From Phoronis australis (lineage: Eukaryota; Animalia; Phoronida), in contig NMRA01000198.1 of the NCBI GenBank assembly GCA_002633005.1, forward strand, positions 132,045 through 196,044: DNA of 64,000 nucleotides. Reading direction: 5' to 3'. The translations under genes were made by a program, and so were the position numbers. Shown piece after piece: positions 52,906 to 64,000 of the stretch (positions are counted from its first letter, which is position 1; each line of letters starts with the position of its first letter). The notes under the pieces were generated by a model. It was not told where the DNA came from and ran no database searches. It saw only the letters and a list, made by a program, of their open reading frames with translations.

Positions 52906-53707
52906 GCGGATTCGTTACGGAAAAGAATTGTTTCACTGCTTTTCTTTATCGACTATTCAAGGCATAGTATATTTTAACAAATGCTAAAGCAACTGTGTTG
53001 CTGGCGCAAATGAATATGATTTGTATTTTTATGCGAATTCTTATTACTCATAAATATTTTCTCTCTACAGCAATAAAGTAAAACAAACAGTGCAATTTGT
53101 TCGTGTTGATTTTAACAAAATATATACAGGGCAGTAGAAAGGGGGAGTGAGGTATGCTTGAATCTTGGCGGCATCCAGCACTATTTAGGAGGGCCAAAAA
53201 TGAGTCGAGAAAGTTACAGGGAAACACGTAGAAGAGAAATAATCGAAACAAATTGCTAATTCACGCGGCGGGGCATGTTGTTAGGGTTCTCCCAGTTAAC
53301 ATTTCGCAGCATACGTCGACTAGGCAGTTGAAACGGGCACTGTACCACACTTCAGAGTACTCCCAGAAAACATGGTTTTGGATACAAATTTATTCACAAA
53401 TTTATTCTGAGTCATCAATTTAAAGCGACAAATGTTAGATAATGCAAAGCTCCATTTTCTCCCGATCCCTCTCTGACAAATGATAATGAGAGTCAATTGT
53501 GTGTTTTATTTACTTCAAGAAGATAAAGCCACCGACACTTTAGAACAGACCTATTGTGAGCGTTTATTGAAGGAAGGCCCCAGACCAGCTGTGGGATACC
53601 CTAGCTTGCTTCCCAGGATTCATACTCTGACGTCATTGATATCGTATGAAGCCGTTGGTACAGACCAATAAAAAATTCATCTCCATGGCGTCCTCGGGTC
53701 GTTTTCG

Positions 53708-54040
53708 TCAATCTGTCTGGTCAAAGAACTTCCCCTTTTCAAAGAATTTGTCCACTAGAATGAATGCGGCAACTATAAAACCATGCCAGTGGTAACGACA
53801 GGAGCTGGCCCCATTAGTTGTATCTTTAATAAACTTGCTGACGACGGTCAAAGAACCATTATTCGGCGCAGGTGTAAGTCCGGCCAGTTTACACGTCAGG
53901 GGGTAGACATCGACGCTATTAAACGGTTCAGAAACAAACCCCTTTTTGAAGTTTGGTCCCCTGGCGAGGAAAAACGCCTTCATGTTCATCAAGTCATTAT
54001 CGTAGCCGTGTCCACCGACGTATGTCCAGCGTGCATTGTA
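53708..54040 (-). CDS. ENPP5: Ecto-nucleotide pyrophosphatase/phosphodiesterase (ENPP5-like), last exon
   Basis: GGHGYDN, MKAFFLARGPNFK, VDVYPLTCKL...PAPNNGS; TTTGCAG acceptor in phase 0. Orthology within ENPP4/5/6/7 is uncertain. Confidence 0.85.
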   Translation of the reverse strand, partial: YNARWTYVGGHGYDNDLMNMKAFFLARGPNFKKGFVSEPFNSVDVYPLTCKLAGLTPAPNNGSLTVVSKFIKDTTNGASSCRYHWHGFIVAAFILVDKFFEKGKFFDQTD

Positions 54041-56138
54041 CTGCAAACAAAAATGTGGAAGCAATCATGAACGGTAAATTTGGTTACTAGAGTATGTTAA
54101 GACCATCGCTCTGAGTCCACAAGTGCAATCATTGCCAAATGTAAAGATGGACTTAATGGCTTACTTTTGTCTGCTTCACCGCGATAATCACCTTTCAATT
54201 CAAATAGCTGTGAATATCACACCCACAAAATGATGTTCTATTCACTCCCCTATTCAATACAACTGTTATCGGCCGTTTGTTGTTTTTGCTGGGTTCTTGC
54301 AGTGACGTAATATAGCACGAAAAGACAACTTCACCTATACTGTGACGAGCCTGCATATGAGTGATTAAACTGCGTACTTTGTTAAAGCTTTGCTATGACT
54401 GGCTAGCCCAATTCATCTAAAATAACAAAACTCCGTTGAAGTTAGGCATATTTTTGAAGTTTTGTAAGAACTCCACACATAAAACTTCTGCATTCAAAAG
54501 CGAAAAACAAGTGTCTCACTACACCAGTCACCCATGTTTTTCGTGTCCCACCACACCGGCCACCAGTGTTTTTCCAAAACTCATCACAGTGAAACAGTTG
54601 TATATCGTGCGTTCGAGTTTTTTCACCTACATTTGGTTTCATAATGTGATATCTCACCAGCTAGATTCGAGAAAAGTAGCTGTGAAGTAGGAAACACAAA
54701 GAAACTTTAACAAAATAAAATTAAAAGAAAGATTATATATCATTTAGTAACATCTTTTGAGTCCAGTTTCCAAAATACAAAAAATTCATCCGCCCAGAAT
54801 ACATATGAGGAGCAAAGTAACGACTACGTCAAAACAATTTTGCTCCTCACATTTTCCAAATTGTCCAATTATTGCGCTGATATGAAGAGCGATAATCGCT
54901 ACACATTACGTGGAAGCAAATTCTTGAGGATACATTAGCAGTGCTCGATATGGGGACCAGCAGGTCGCCAATGCGACTTCAGATTGTGCTTGGCGACCTG
55001 GGAAATCCCGAGACATCACGAAGTCGTCACAGCGAGTACCAAAGCCAGAAAATAATTCCCCCAAAATTCGTTTCAAACTTTGTGGTCACTTTCAAACTTT
55101 ATAATAATTCTTGACATCAGTGCATATGCCACCTTCAGCAGTCAATTCACATCAAACTGGCGGATCTAGAATATCATAAGCAGGGCCCAACATTTTGTTT
55201 AGCAAACAATCGCGCAAAGCACGGCTGTAGAGGCGCACAGCGCCGAATGGTGGGACGTCGGGTGGGAACCCCCCTCCCGCCAAGGAGAAATTTTTGTTTT
55301 TGTCTCTAAAAACAAGGATTTTCCTTGATCTTTGAAGTATTATCAAAAAAAAAAAACAGAAAAAAACTGAGAAAGTGTAAAACTGAAAATTCTTTAATGC
55401 CGCACGGTCGTCTGCCAAAGCGCGCATGCTATACTACTGTGCCATCACGCTTCCACTTACACTATCATACTAAGAGACGTACTTGTTTATAGTCCACAGC
55501 GTTTGCGCAATAACCTACTTCTTTCCGTAATACTTATTAAACGCTTTATATTTGCTGCAACCAGTTCGTAGCGAAAGTTGTTGAGTTTAAAATAGTCTTC
55601 ACTTGGCTAAATAACCAAATCCATTTTTTGTGTTGGCATTCACCACGCGATTGCTTTGGAAATCGTCTTAATTTCAGTGTTTGGCAAAGAGAGAAATATG
55701 AATTTCTAAGTGATTCACTAAGGCTTCGATTAAAATTTACATCTTACCAGTAGGCTCTGTCTCTTCATCATCACTCAGATTCCGTTTTCTTTGAAAAAAT
55801 GAATTAATTTTCATCATTGCACACTGGAGCAGACGATGGAGATGGAGTGGTAGTGCGCAGCGCCACTGCCGGTCGCCTGGGATATCACGTACACAACGAG
55901 CGGGAGCGTCATTACTTAGCCATCGTTCCGTTACGATTGCGCCGATCGTCCGAGTTGGACACGTGCAATTGGGCCTGAGCCTCCCACCCCCTCAAACACA
56001 CACGCACACACAAACTAAAACTTCACATATTGTTAAATCTTGTTTCAACCGCATAATGTTAATTACTGGAGTTATTTGCTCACGATCTTACTGTTTTATT
56101 TTTTTGCGACAGCCAATGGGGGGGGGCGTTTAACTTAC

Positions 56139-56544
56139 GTTAACAACTTGCCAACCTTCGTCAGGCATGATGACGATTTCCGATATTCTGGAATTGTGCT
56201 TATAATGCAGCCTCTCAGGGATGTCCTTCTTTAGGTAGACCGTCATGTTTGGGTGAGCATTCTTCAGCGCGTTGTACAACTCCATTGTCTTGTTCTGTTT
56301 AGGTATTACATGACCTATTGTGCCAGTTACCGGAACTGAGTGGACAAGGGCTGACATATTAACAAATTTTGAGATGTTGATCATCTTCTTCTTGGGGTCT
56401 ATATTGGTCATCCCGTGGTCACTGGTCAGAATGATGTTGACCTTGTCCAGAAGATCATACTTCTTGAAGGTGTCAAGAAGATAACCTAGCACTGCATCCA
56501 GATCCTCAATCTTGCCAAGTAACCATTCAGAATCCGGACCGTAC
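56139..56544 (-). CDS. ENPP5: ENPP5-like, internal exon
   Basis: YGPDS, NIILTSDHGM, VYLKKDIPERLHY, PDEGW; splice phases match the neighbouring exons. Confidence 0.9.
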
Positions 56545-57153
56545 CTAACATAGAAGAATGGTACGCATGGTAAGTAAGCATTTTTTAAGATACAGTGTAC
56601 GTTTACATGCATTTAGAAACCTTGCACAACAAGAGCGATTTTCGCAAGCGAACAAAACGTATGGTTCAGTGAGGGAGAGAATCAAGGCTGCAGGCGTCTA
56701 GTTTTTGATGTAGTGTCAAATGAGAAAAGTGGGTTTTGTGTTCAATTGCTTTTCACATAACTATGATATGATGAAAAAATCAACATCATCCACGACATGA
56801 ATCTTCAGAATGGCACAATAACCTCGACACACAAGCAGCGATACGTAAAAGGTATCTCCATTGTTTCGACACAGACAAATATCAATACGTTTAACACTTT
56901 TGCGGAAGGAGTGAGGGTCGGAAAAGTATGCAGTCGTAAGAATTTCGTAAATTTTAGAATGTCAGTTCAACTTTTTTGGTTATCCGAATAGTCCTGAAGA
57001 CGAAATGACACTTTGCTTCAATGTTATCAAATCGCAATAACTTTTACTGCCTGGTGATTTCCTGAGCCTAATTTCTAAACGCAGACTTGACTCAGATTCA
57101 GTCAAGAAATTTAACCGATCACGTTCTGTGGTTCGAGTACAAACTTATAACTT

Positions 57154-58041
57154 TGTCAGAAAAAATATTGATTAAGTAAACCGTAAGAATAGATCCATTT
57201 TAAGTTGCCCATATTTGTACATACGTACTTTTAAATCATGGGGTGAAAGTTGTTGACATATACTTTAACCTCGAAATCTATTTTTAAATCGTGTTTACGA
57301 CTTTGGGTTCTGGGGTCACAATACTCTAGAGATTCAAGAATATTCTGAGAACAAACCGTAAAAGCTAATGGATATGATCATGTGGTTTTTATTAACCAAT
57401 CACTAAATAAGTAGAATATTATTATATGGGCTTAAGTCAAAAAGAAATTCAGATGAGTTATAGTAGTTGAAGCATAGACTTGCTACAGTGTACCCAGGCA
57501 ATTGTACAACAGAGCCATCTCGTGGAAGATTGTAGAAAGGATCTTGACAAGGACAAGGTTTAACGAACAGGAAGTTAAGTAAGAGCTTGTCACTTGCATC
57601 GTGGGTAGTAAGATACTACATGAAGTGTTGCGTCACCAGCCAGAGATTGTGACCAGCAGAAGAATCACGGGTAGAAGAAATTGCCTGCAAGTGTTGCATC
57701 ACCAGATGCTGTGACCAGCAAGTACACTGTCGCTATACAGTGTGTGTAGTTCGAAGATTCACCAACAGGACAGTCATCCAACAAGTGGAGAGTCCTAGCT
57801 TGGATCAGCAGATGAGACATTTTATTATTTTGGTTGGTTGATTGAGGTAATCTTTAAAGAGGGCGCTAGTGTAGTAACTCTTCTTTGTAAATGATTAGTC
57901 AATTAACAACAGGCTTCATTTGTCGAATTAGGGCTTATCATATAATAAATTAATTACTGGATTTGATTATTCACTTTCCATCTACGCACAATCTCAAAGC
58001 ATAGCTACCTTTTAAACAAACCCACAGTCAAATCTCCGACA
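57154..58041 (+). mobile_element. Putative solo LTR in an ENPP intron
   Basis: TGTCAGA...TCCGACA inverted termini; flanks AACTT/ACCTT (imperfect TSD); internal direct repeats and AATAAA near the 3' end. Confidence 0.55.
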
Positions 58042-58512
58042 ACCTTTAACCAAACACTGGATGATTGAGAAGAAATTTGCAAGTTTACGCTAGGCGTGCC
58101 ATGCAATTGGTCAATTTGGAGTGCAGTTTCGATTACCCCGGGTGCTGATTAAAAATTATGGATGATGCATTGTCAATACTTATTTCAACTGCTATGACTG
58201 ACACTCGAAGTGCTTCAATCGATAGATTTCTGCTAGTGGTCGTTCAAACCAATAGGCCTATGTTCATTACGGAATAGATACCTTTTGATTTTCATCAGAA
58301 AGAATAGCATTGTTGAAAGCCAATTGACTTGAAATGTTGTACACATGGTCTTCCAACTGCAACTGTGGCATGAGCACGTGCCCACTCTAGAATTTACACC
58401 TAGATATTTTGCACCCCGAGAACCAAATATAAGAAAAAACAGGAATATATTCATTAAAGGGGTTATTCACATTACAGTTGTATATATAGAGAAATTTGCT
58501 TAAACTCATTAC

Positions 58513-58705
58513 TTATGACCCGTGCTATCAGGTTCGTAAAAGTAGAGGGTAGCGACATCTATCTCTTTGCTTGTAAACCACTGTGTCACTTCGTCCACGC
58601 GGTCTCTAAACACGGTCTTCTTGTCGTAAGGCTTATAAAAATTTGGCCTGAAACCTTGCAGTTCCACTTCGCTGCCAGGCCAGAAATAGGTGGCGCTGTT
58701 CTTGC
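58513..58705 (-). CDS. ENPP5: ENPP5-like, internal exon
   Basis: SATYFWPGSEV, LYFYEPDSTGH; TTTTCTAG acceptor, GTAATG donor. Confidence 0.9.
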
Positions 58706-59616
58706 CTAGAAAACAACAACATGGTTTCAGAAGGGGAGGATACATGTAGCATGCCCGTAGCCAGCAACTGGTGTACGAAATTGTAACTTGTAGCGATCCT
58801 TTTTCTTCCACCCCACTCCCCTCATTGTCATTATTTCCACTATTCGGAATCTCACATTCTTTGAAATCAGCTGAACTACTCAACTATTCGGTGCAACCAT
58901 TAAGTGTGCTAGCAGAAGTGTTACACCACTAAACAAAAGTACGTTTTCTATTAGTTGATTCCCACATCATATTCGACTTCTTAAACTGTAACCCGATTCT
59001 GAATTTAGCGAGTTCATGCCATTACATGAGAACACCAAAAGATCGACTCTGGGTTAACCGACTCGAAAATTTGTTTGTTCACACATCACGGTGAGATTTG
59101 TTCAAAATCTTTATGTCAAATAGTGGGTCATTATTTTTTAAGTTAGAAATCGTGTATATTTTGGCCCAAAATGGCCAAGTTTTGTTCAAAGAGGTTCGGT
59201 ATGTAAAGTATTTTTAAAACAGTTAGAAGAAAGGGTAAGAAAAAACTTCGTGTTGTTTATGTACACAATAAACCTTTCTATCAGAAAACAGTTGTGGCGA
59301 TTTCAAAGAGGTTTTTATTAATCTCCATAGGAACGCCAAAATTCGGTAAATTTTGCCAAATTTTTTGTATTTGGTTTTTAGCCATTTTAATGTCCTGAGG
59401 GCCAGTTTGCGGGGTGCCGGTGATTCCAAATGCTATTTTCCATCAGCCTGCTTTCGTGATTAAGAAAAAAGCAATGGGTTTTTGCTTTGTTTCCAAGCAG
59501 CAGTCGATAGAAAGGACAAAGCATCACGTATTTTACAGTCCTTGACTATATGGGCAGTCTATAGCTCGTTAAATCCATGAAGGGGCTTCATTGGTTTTTG
59601 CAAATATGTTTTTATG

Positions 59617-60120
59617 TGTCAGAATTAGTCTGACAGTATTTTTAGTTGTATTGTTTTGTTTGTTATTCTGTTTGATTGGCATGACCCCTGAGTTAAGTAC
59701 AATGATGATGTAATTTGTTTACTTCAAAATAGCATGGAACTTTCTAGTAGACTGAGTTCAGTAGTGATGATGTAATTTGTTTACTGCAGTATATTGTGGA
59801 ACTTTCTGGAAGACTCTAGAATGACAGTGGTTAATGCAGTCTGGAATATTCTAGAGACTAGTACATGTTTGTAGAATGGTTGGGTAGATTCAGGAAAGTT
59901 CTAGAATGTGCTTGAATTGATGAAAAGTTCCAGAACAATGCATTAGACTATAAATACTCAAGCACAGGTTTGTGTTAGTAAGATAAAGTCAGTTCAAGTG
60001 AGATCAAGTCAGTTCATCAGAAATTCAAGAAAGTTAATCAGGGTAATTACAGTTCAGTTGCAGTGCAGAGAATCAGCAGTTTAGCGATAGTTAATAGAGA
60101 GCCAGCTATAGTGACAGCAG
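59617..60120 (+). mobile_element. Truncated LTR-like sequence
   Basis: Starts TGTCAGA like the 57154 element; internal duplication of GATGATGTAATTTGTTTACT; TATA box followed by CAGTT-rich sequence. 3' end not identified. Confidence 0.5.
59736..59956 (+). promoter_or_regulatory. Cluster of heat-shock elements followed by a TATA box
   Basis: nGAAnnTTCnnGAAn arrays at 59736, 59798, 59843, 59893 and 59923 (two perfect triple units, the rest imperfect); TATAAATA at 59949-59956. Confidence 0.65.
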
Positions 60121-61333
60121 GTTATTGAATCGACGAGTGTAACAGTTGTTGAACGGGTCTCGGAATAGACCGGGATCCCAGAGCTTTTTTGGGCATGAAA
60201 TGGTAACCAATTTTCTGTGGTGCCACAGTGCTCTGTGGGTATCTTCACGATTGGAAATGGCCGTCTGGCAGGTTGGGGAAAAACATAATACTATGGTGTT
60301 GAAATCGGTCGACGTCAAGTTTTACCCGATTTGACCACTGCTGGCCCACTGGTGACGGTTTCTACTACTAGTATTCCTTGATGAAATTTTATGAATTTTA
60401 GCCAAAATGTTTCTTTATCCACGAGACGATGCCTCGTGCACATGCATGATTTCGAACGAATTTAGCCCGTGTTGCCCCACCCCAGCGAAGTTTTAGAGAT
60501 CATTCATGTGCCCCCGCTCAGTCAGCTGCTAAATGTAACTAATGCAGTGTCCCGGTAACGAACACCTTTTTACATGGCAATTGTTTTATGAAATATACAA
60601 AGCCATTTAAACTGAATCTTGCCAATTCTACTGCATTCTAATTGCTCAATTCATTCCACCAAAAACTGAGTTCGTCACTTATTGTTACATCTCCTATTAG
60701 AGATAAAATGTCGTCTCTTAGAATATTGGACGCATCAGGTGTTCCAAACGTTCAAGGTAGTTGATGATTAGGTCTTAACAAGTTAAATTTGAAGTGATCT
60801 CGATACAGTAATAGTTTATATGCAGGCCAAAATGTTCCTATCAACATGTTATGACAATAAGTAACTTAGAAAGTACTTTAGAAACTTTCAGCACCATCAC
60901 CAACAACACGCCAAGTATGACAGATGACACGTACAACTGTTACCATGGCGACCGAGTACTATAAAAATGTTTCTCCTTAAACTAGAATTTGAAAAGCATA
61001 ACTATTTAAAATCAAGATGATTTAGGGATGTAGAATTTGAGTAAAGTTCACATGTCATAATCCAAATGTAGCGTAGTTATGTAAACTAATTAAAATTCTT
61101 CACGTTTTTGATATTAATTTGAAATAGGAAAGAACAAACTACAAAACCTGAATCAAAAGCACAATGTATCCATAAAATTTAGAAAGAAATGTATCCTATT
61201 ATGATAAGTAAACAGGTTACTCCTTATTCGGATTTATAAGCAGTGATATCTGCTCTTCGGGAGAAACTGGGAGTTCGATAAATTGTGTCTGGTTGAACTT
61301 TATGCTTTCACCCGGTTATTTCATGCACCGATC

Positions 61334-61481
61334 CACACACGTCCTCAGCTTCTGATCGCGTCCCCAATACACTACATATGGACGGCGGAATCGAAGCACC
61401 CGTGGAATTTCTAGTCCCGAGTGTCATACCTTGTAGTATTATATGTAGTGTATTTGGGACGATCAGCTGAGGACGCCTGTG
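61334..61481. mobile_element. 148-bp MITE with a perfect 8-bp TSD
   Basis: About 40-bp imperfect TIRs (CGTCCTCAGCT..GATCG..TCCCCAATACACTACATAT); TSD CACCGATC at 61326-61333 and 61482-61489. Confidence 0.85.
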
Positions 61482-61864
61482 CACCGATCATGGTGTTGTG
61501 AAATCGGAAAAGAACAATGCTTACCGAGTAAACATACCGCAATCCGAGTAAGGAATACATTGGGGTGTCCAAAATCCGAGATTATGTTTGAGGTGAGGCG
61601 GATTTACAGAGTTTTTAAATAACATTAAAAAACGCGATCCTGCCGACTCAGTAGATGTCACCCGTTACGCTATTCGTCTAGACAAAAGATCACAGTGTGT
61701 GGTCGTGCACAAAAGAATTTGTGGACTAGCCCGAAACGAAGAAAAGGGGGGAAGGCGGAAGACCGGTCCATGTGCTCACAGCAAGTGAAATACCATGTCA
61801 ATTTCTTGGAACTGATTTCTTATTGTAATGTACAATGTCATTTTAGCCAAAAAATATGTTATAA

Positions 61865-62439
61865 ATAACAACATTCTTAATAGGCGCCCATGCCCGTATA
61901 AGCGCCCCCTCACTTCGCTAAAATAAGCGCCCAGTCCATGAACGTGTACATATGCGAAAAATGCCTTACCTACAGTTCTAAAATCCTACAGTAATGTCTT
62001 CTATTTATCAATAATATCCGACAGTCCTAAAAAATCATTCTGCGTGGAATTTCTAGACCACGAGCGTCTTCGCTATGTCGGTATTTAATCGTGGCTGTAC
62101 ACTTCAAACTTCCGCAGTGTTTCAAAAAGAACGCAAGTTTTGCTGATCTTGCGAGGAACGTGTCCCACTATGATCAGGCCTTTCAGAACAGACGCAGCAT
62201 ACTTGTCAACGGGACTGTATCGATCCCCGTACAGATATTCTCCCTCAACAGGAATCCAGGTTACTTTGTACACGTAAAAACCGCGAATCGGAACTTGACC
62301 AGTGTTAATGAGCCCGTGGCCAATAAGCGCGCGCTAGCTTCCGATTTCACCCGTTTCCGAGTCCGGGTTTCACCCGCCTTAGGCTACAACAAGCGCCCCC
62401 CTTCCGAAACGAATTTTTTTAAGCAGGGTGAATACGGTA
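61865..62439 (-). mobile_element. Pogo/Tc1-mariner-like non-autonomous element carrying a HIRAN-like domain fragment
   Basis: Terminus TA-CCGTATTCAC (reverse complement of 62428-62439), repeated ATAAGCGCCC subterminal motifs, and peptide IRGFYVYKVTWIPVEGEYL...DKYAASV...VGHVPRKIS. Confidence 0.6.
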
Positions 62440-62696
62440 GCCCTAACAGATGGTGACATCAACGCCCAAAACGATGATTTTTATTGACACTGGCAGAAAG
62501 TTTGTGGTGGCAGACGCAAACGGCCGGGCGACTGAACTCGATCGGGCTGGGCGAGTAGATTTTCTGGCTCACTCGCCCAGCTGGCGAGCAGGGTTTTGAA
62601 ATCTGGGTATATCCCTGAATATGTGCGTAAGCAACAACCCATTTGTGTTCTACTTTCAAGAATGTTAATTCGCACTAATAAATCAACAGGTCTTGC

Positions 62697-62840
62697 CTTG
62701 TTTTCGTGCTGTGATCCACACCGGCTCACCCTGCGTCCACCATTTGGAATCGGTAGAACCTTTACCCATGCTGAACTTTTCACCGATGTCCGGGTCGTAG
62801 AAACTGTTGCCAACAATTCCGTGACTTTCTTCGTATAGGC
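62697..62840 (-). CDS. ENPP5: ENPP5-like, internal exon (the exon with the catalytic Thr is not visible and is probably beyond the window)
   Basis: GLYEESHGIVGNSFYDP...KWWTQGEPVWITARKQG; ATGCAG acceptor; probable GC donor. Confidence 0.88.
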
Positions 62841-63160
62841 CTGCATTAAACGATAATTTGCAACTCACCTGAGTCAAATGTTATTATAAAATACAATACA
62901 GTACATGCAATCAAACGCAACTCATGGGAATTAGGAAGAGGATTTATCTCTTTTCACAACTTGCTGTATTCATGACCACAGAGACCTGAGGCGACTCGTA
63001 GCATTCGTTCTCAACGTCAACGGTCGTACGCATATAGACACTCAATTCTATTAGGCTCAAAACTACGTTTTGTCTTTGTTTTCCCCGCCACAATTCTACC
63101 ATAAGTACACTTCGTTGTCTCAATGTTATGGCAACTTTGTGAATGAAAGGACTGAGTGTA

Positions 63161-63280
63161 CAGGGGCGGATCCACGATTTTGAGTTAGGAGGGGCCACGA
63201 CAGAGTATTAGCCAGGATGTTGCCCGTCAGACATTCGCACCTCCAACTGCCGCATGGAATCTGAGAGAATTTTAGGGGGT
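63161..63280. mobile_element. Truncated MITE homologous to 21693-21848
   Basis: CAGGGGCGGATCCACGATTTTGAGTTAGGAGGGGC aligns to the reverse complement of the 21.7-kb copy. Confidence 0.7.
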
Positions 63281-64000
63281 AGCATTGGGGTATACGAACA
63301 GCTATTCTGTACCTGGCAGGAGATTCGATTTGATTGAACGCCGTTTAACCTTTGACCTGGGATAAGTAGTAAACAATATTCCCCCGGTTGTGCGGTTCCA
63401 AAGTTTAATCATTTTTTATCGCTACGCAGTATATATTTTGTATTTGAAGTTCCCCGAGAGTGAAGATAAGGTATTGTGCTAAACACGTGAAATTTTGTAA
63501 ACATGGAAATTTTTATGAATAAGGTTTGAGATATCCTTAACTTGTGCAATAATTTAGGGGTCCGTTCTTTTCTTAATATACATACAGCTTAGAACCACTA
63601 CTGAATATAATATAACACTTAAACTTAAATTTGTCCTACCAATTGATCGTTAAAAGTCGTGTTCATTTGTTTCATTTAGGTGACAGTCTTCTCCCTACCA
63701 CTAAAATACGTCTATCGCGTGAAAAAAGAAGCTCTTGTTAAGCAATTGAGAGCGGGGTTATACACAAACTGACAAAAGTTCTATCATAATTTTACCAACT
63801 TTACTAATACTACAAGTGCATGTGTGACGTAACTCACTCCTTTATCACGTTCTCCGTCCATAACGCTGAACGTGAACGGCTCTTTCGCAGCCTCCAATCC
63901 AGTGATCCGATCTGGTCTCATTTGATAACCTTAGTAATAGAAATGAAATAACTCACTTTTTATGATATGGTTGCCACAGTTAAGATGTTTAATGTAATGT

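Overview
AT-rich, intron-containing metazoan (invertebrate-like) genomic DNA from a gapped draft scaffold; there is no sign of prokaryotic sequence. I reconstructed four protein-coding genes by reading splice sites by eye. (1) An SLC52-family (riboflavin transporter, SLC52A3-like) gene on the minus strand at 62-1842; it runs off the left edge and contains an N-joined duplication that is probably an assembly artefact. (2) A complete 3-exon, 511-aa SLC52A3-like paralog at 30696-34512 (minus). (3) A 7-exon, ~258-aa secreted Cys-containing protein of unknown function at 44263-52905 (plus), mostly invisible in the ORF track. (4) The 3' four exons of an ENPP4/5/6/7-type ecto-nucleotide pyrophosphatase/phosphodiesterase at 53708-62840 (minus), with a probable GC-AG intron. 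The rest is rich in mobile DNA: a decayed Gypsy/Mag LTR retrotransposon (9744-13641), L1/Tx1 and CR1/L2 LINE fragments, Penelope-like fragments beside (TA)n tracts including a hammerhead-like motif, an Academ-like transposase relic, solo LTRs (one with a heat-shock-element cluster and TATA box), MITEs, minisatellites and a perfect 26-bp hairpin. The best speculative lead is a flavin-scavenging neighbourhood of duplicated, motif-divergent riboflavin transporters, an ecto-pyrophosphatase and an uncharacterised secreted protein. Family assignments rest on remembered motifs; no searches were run.
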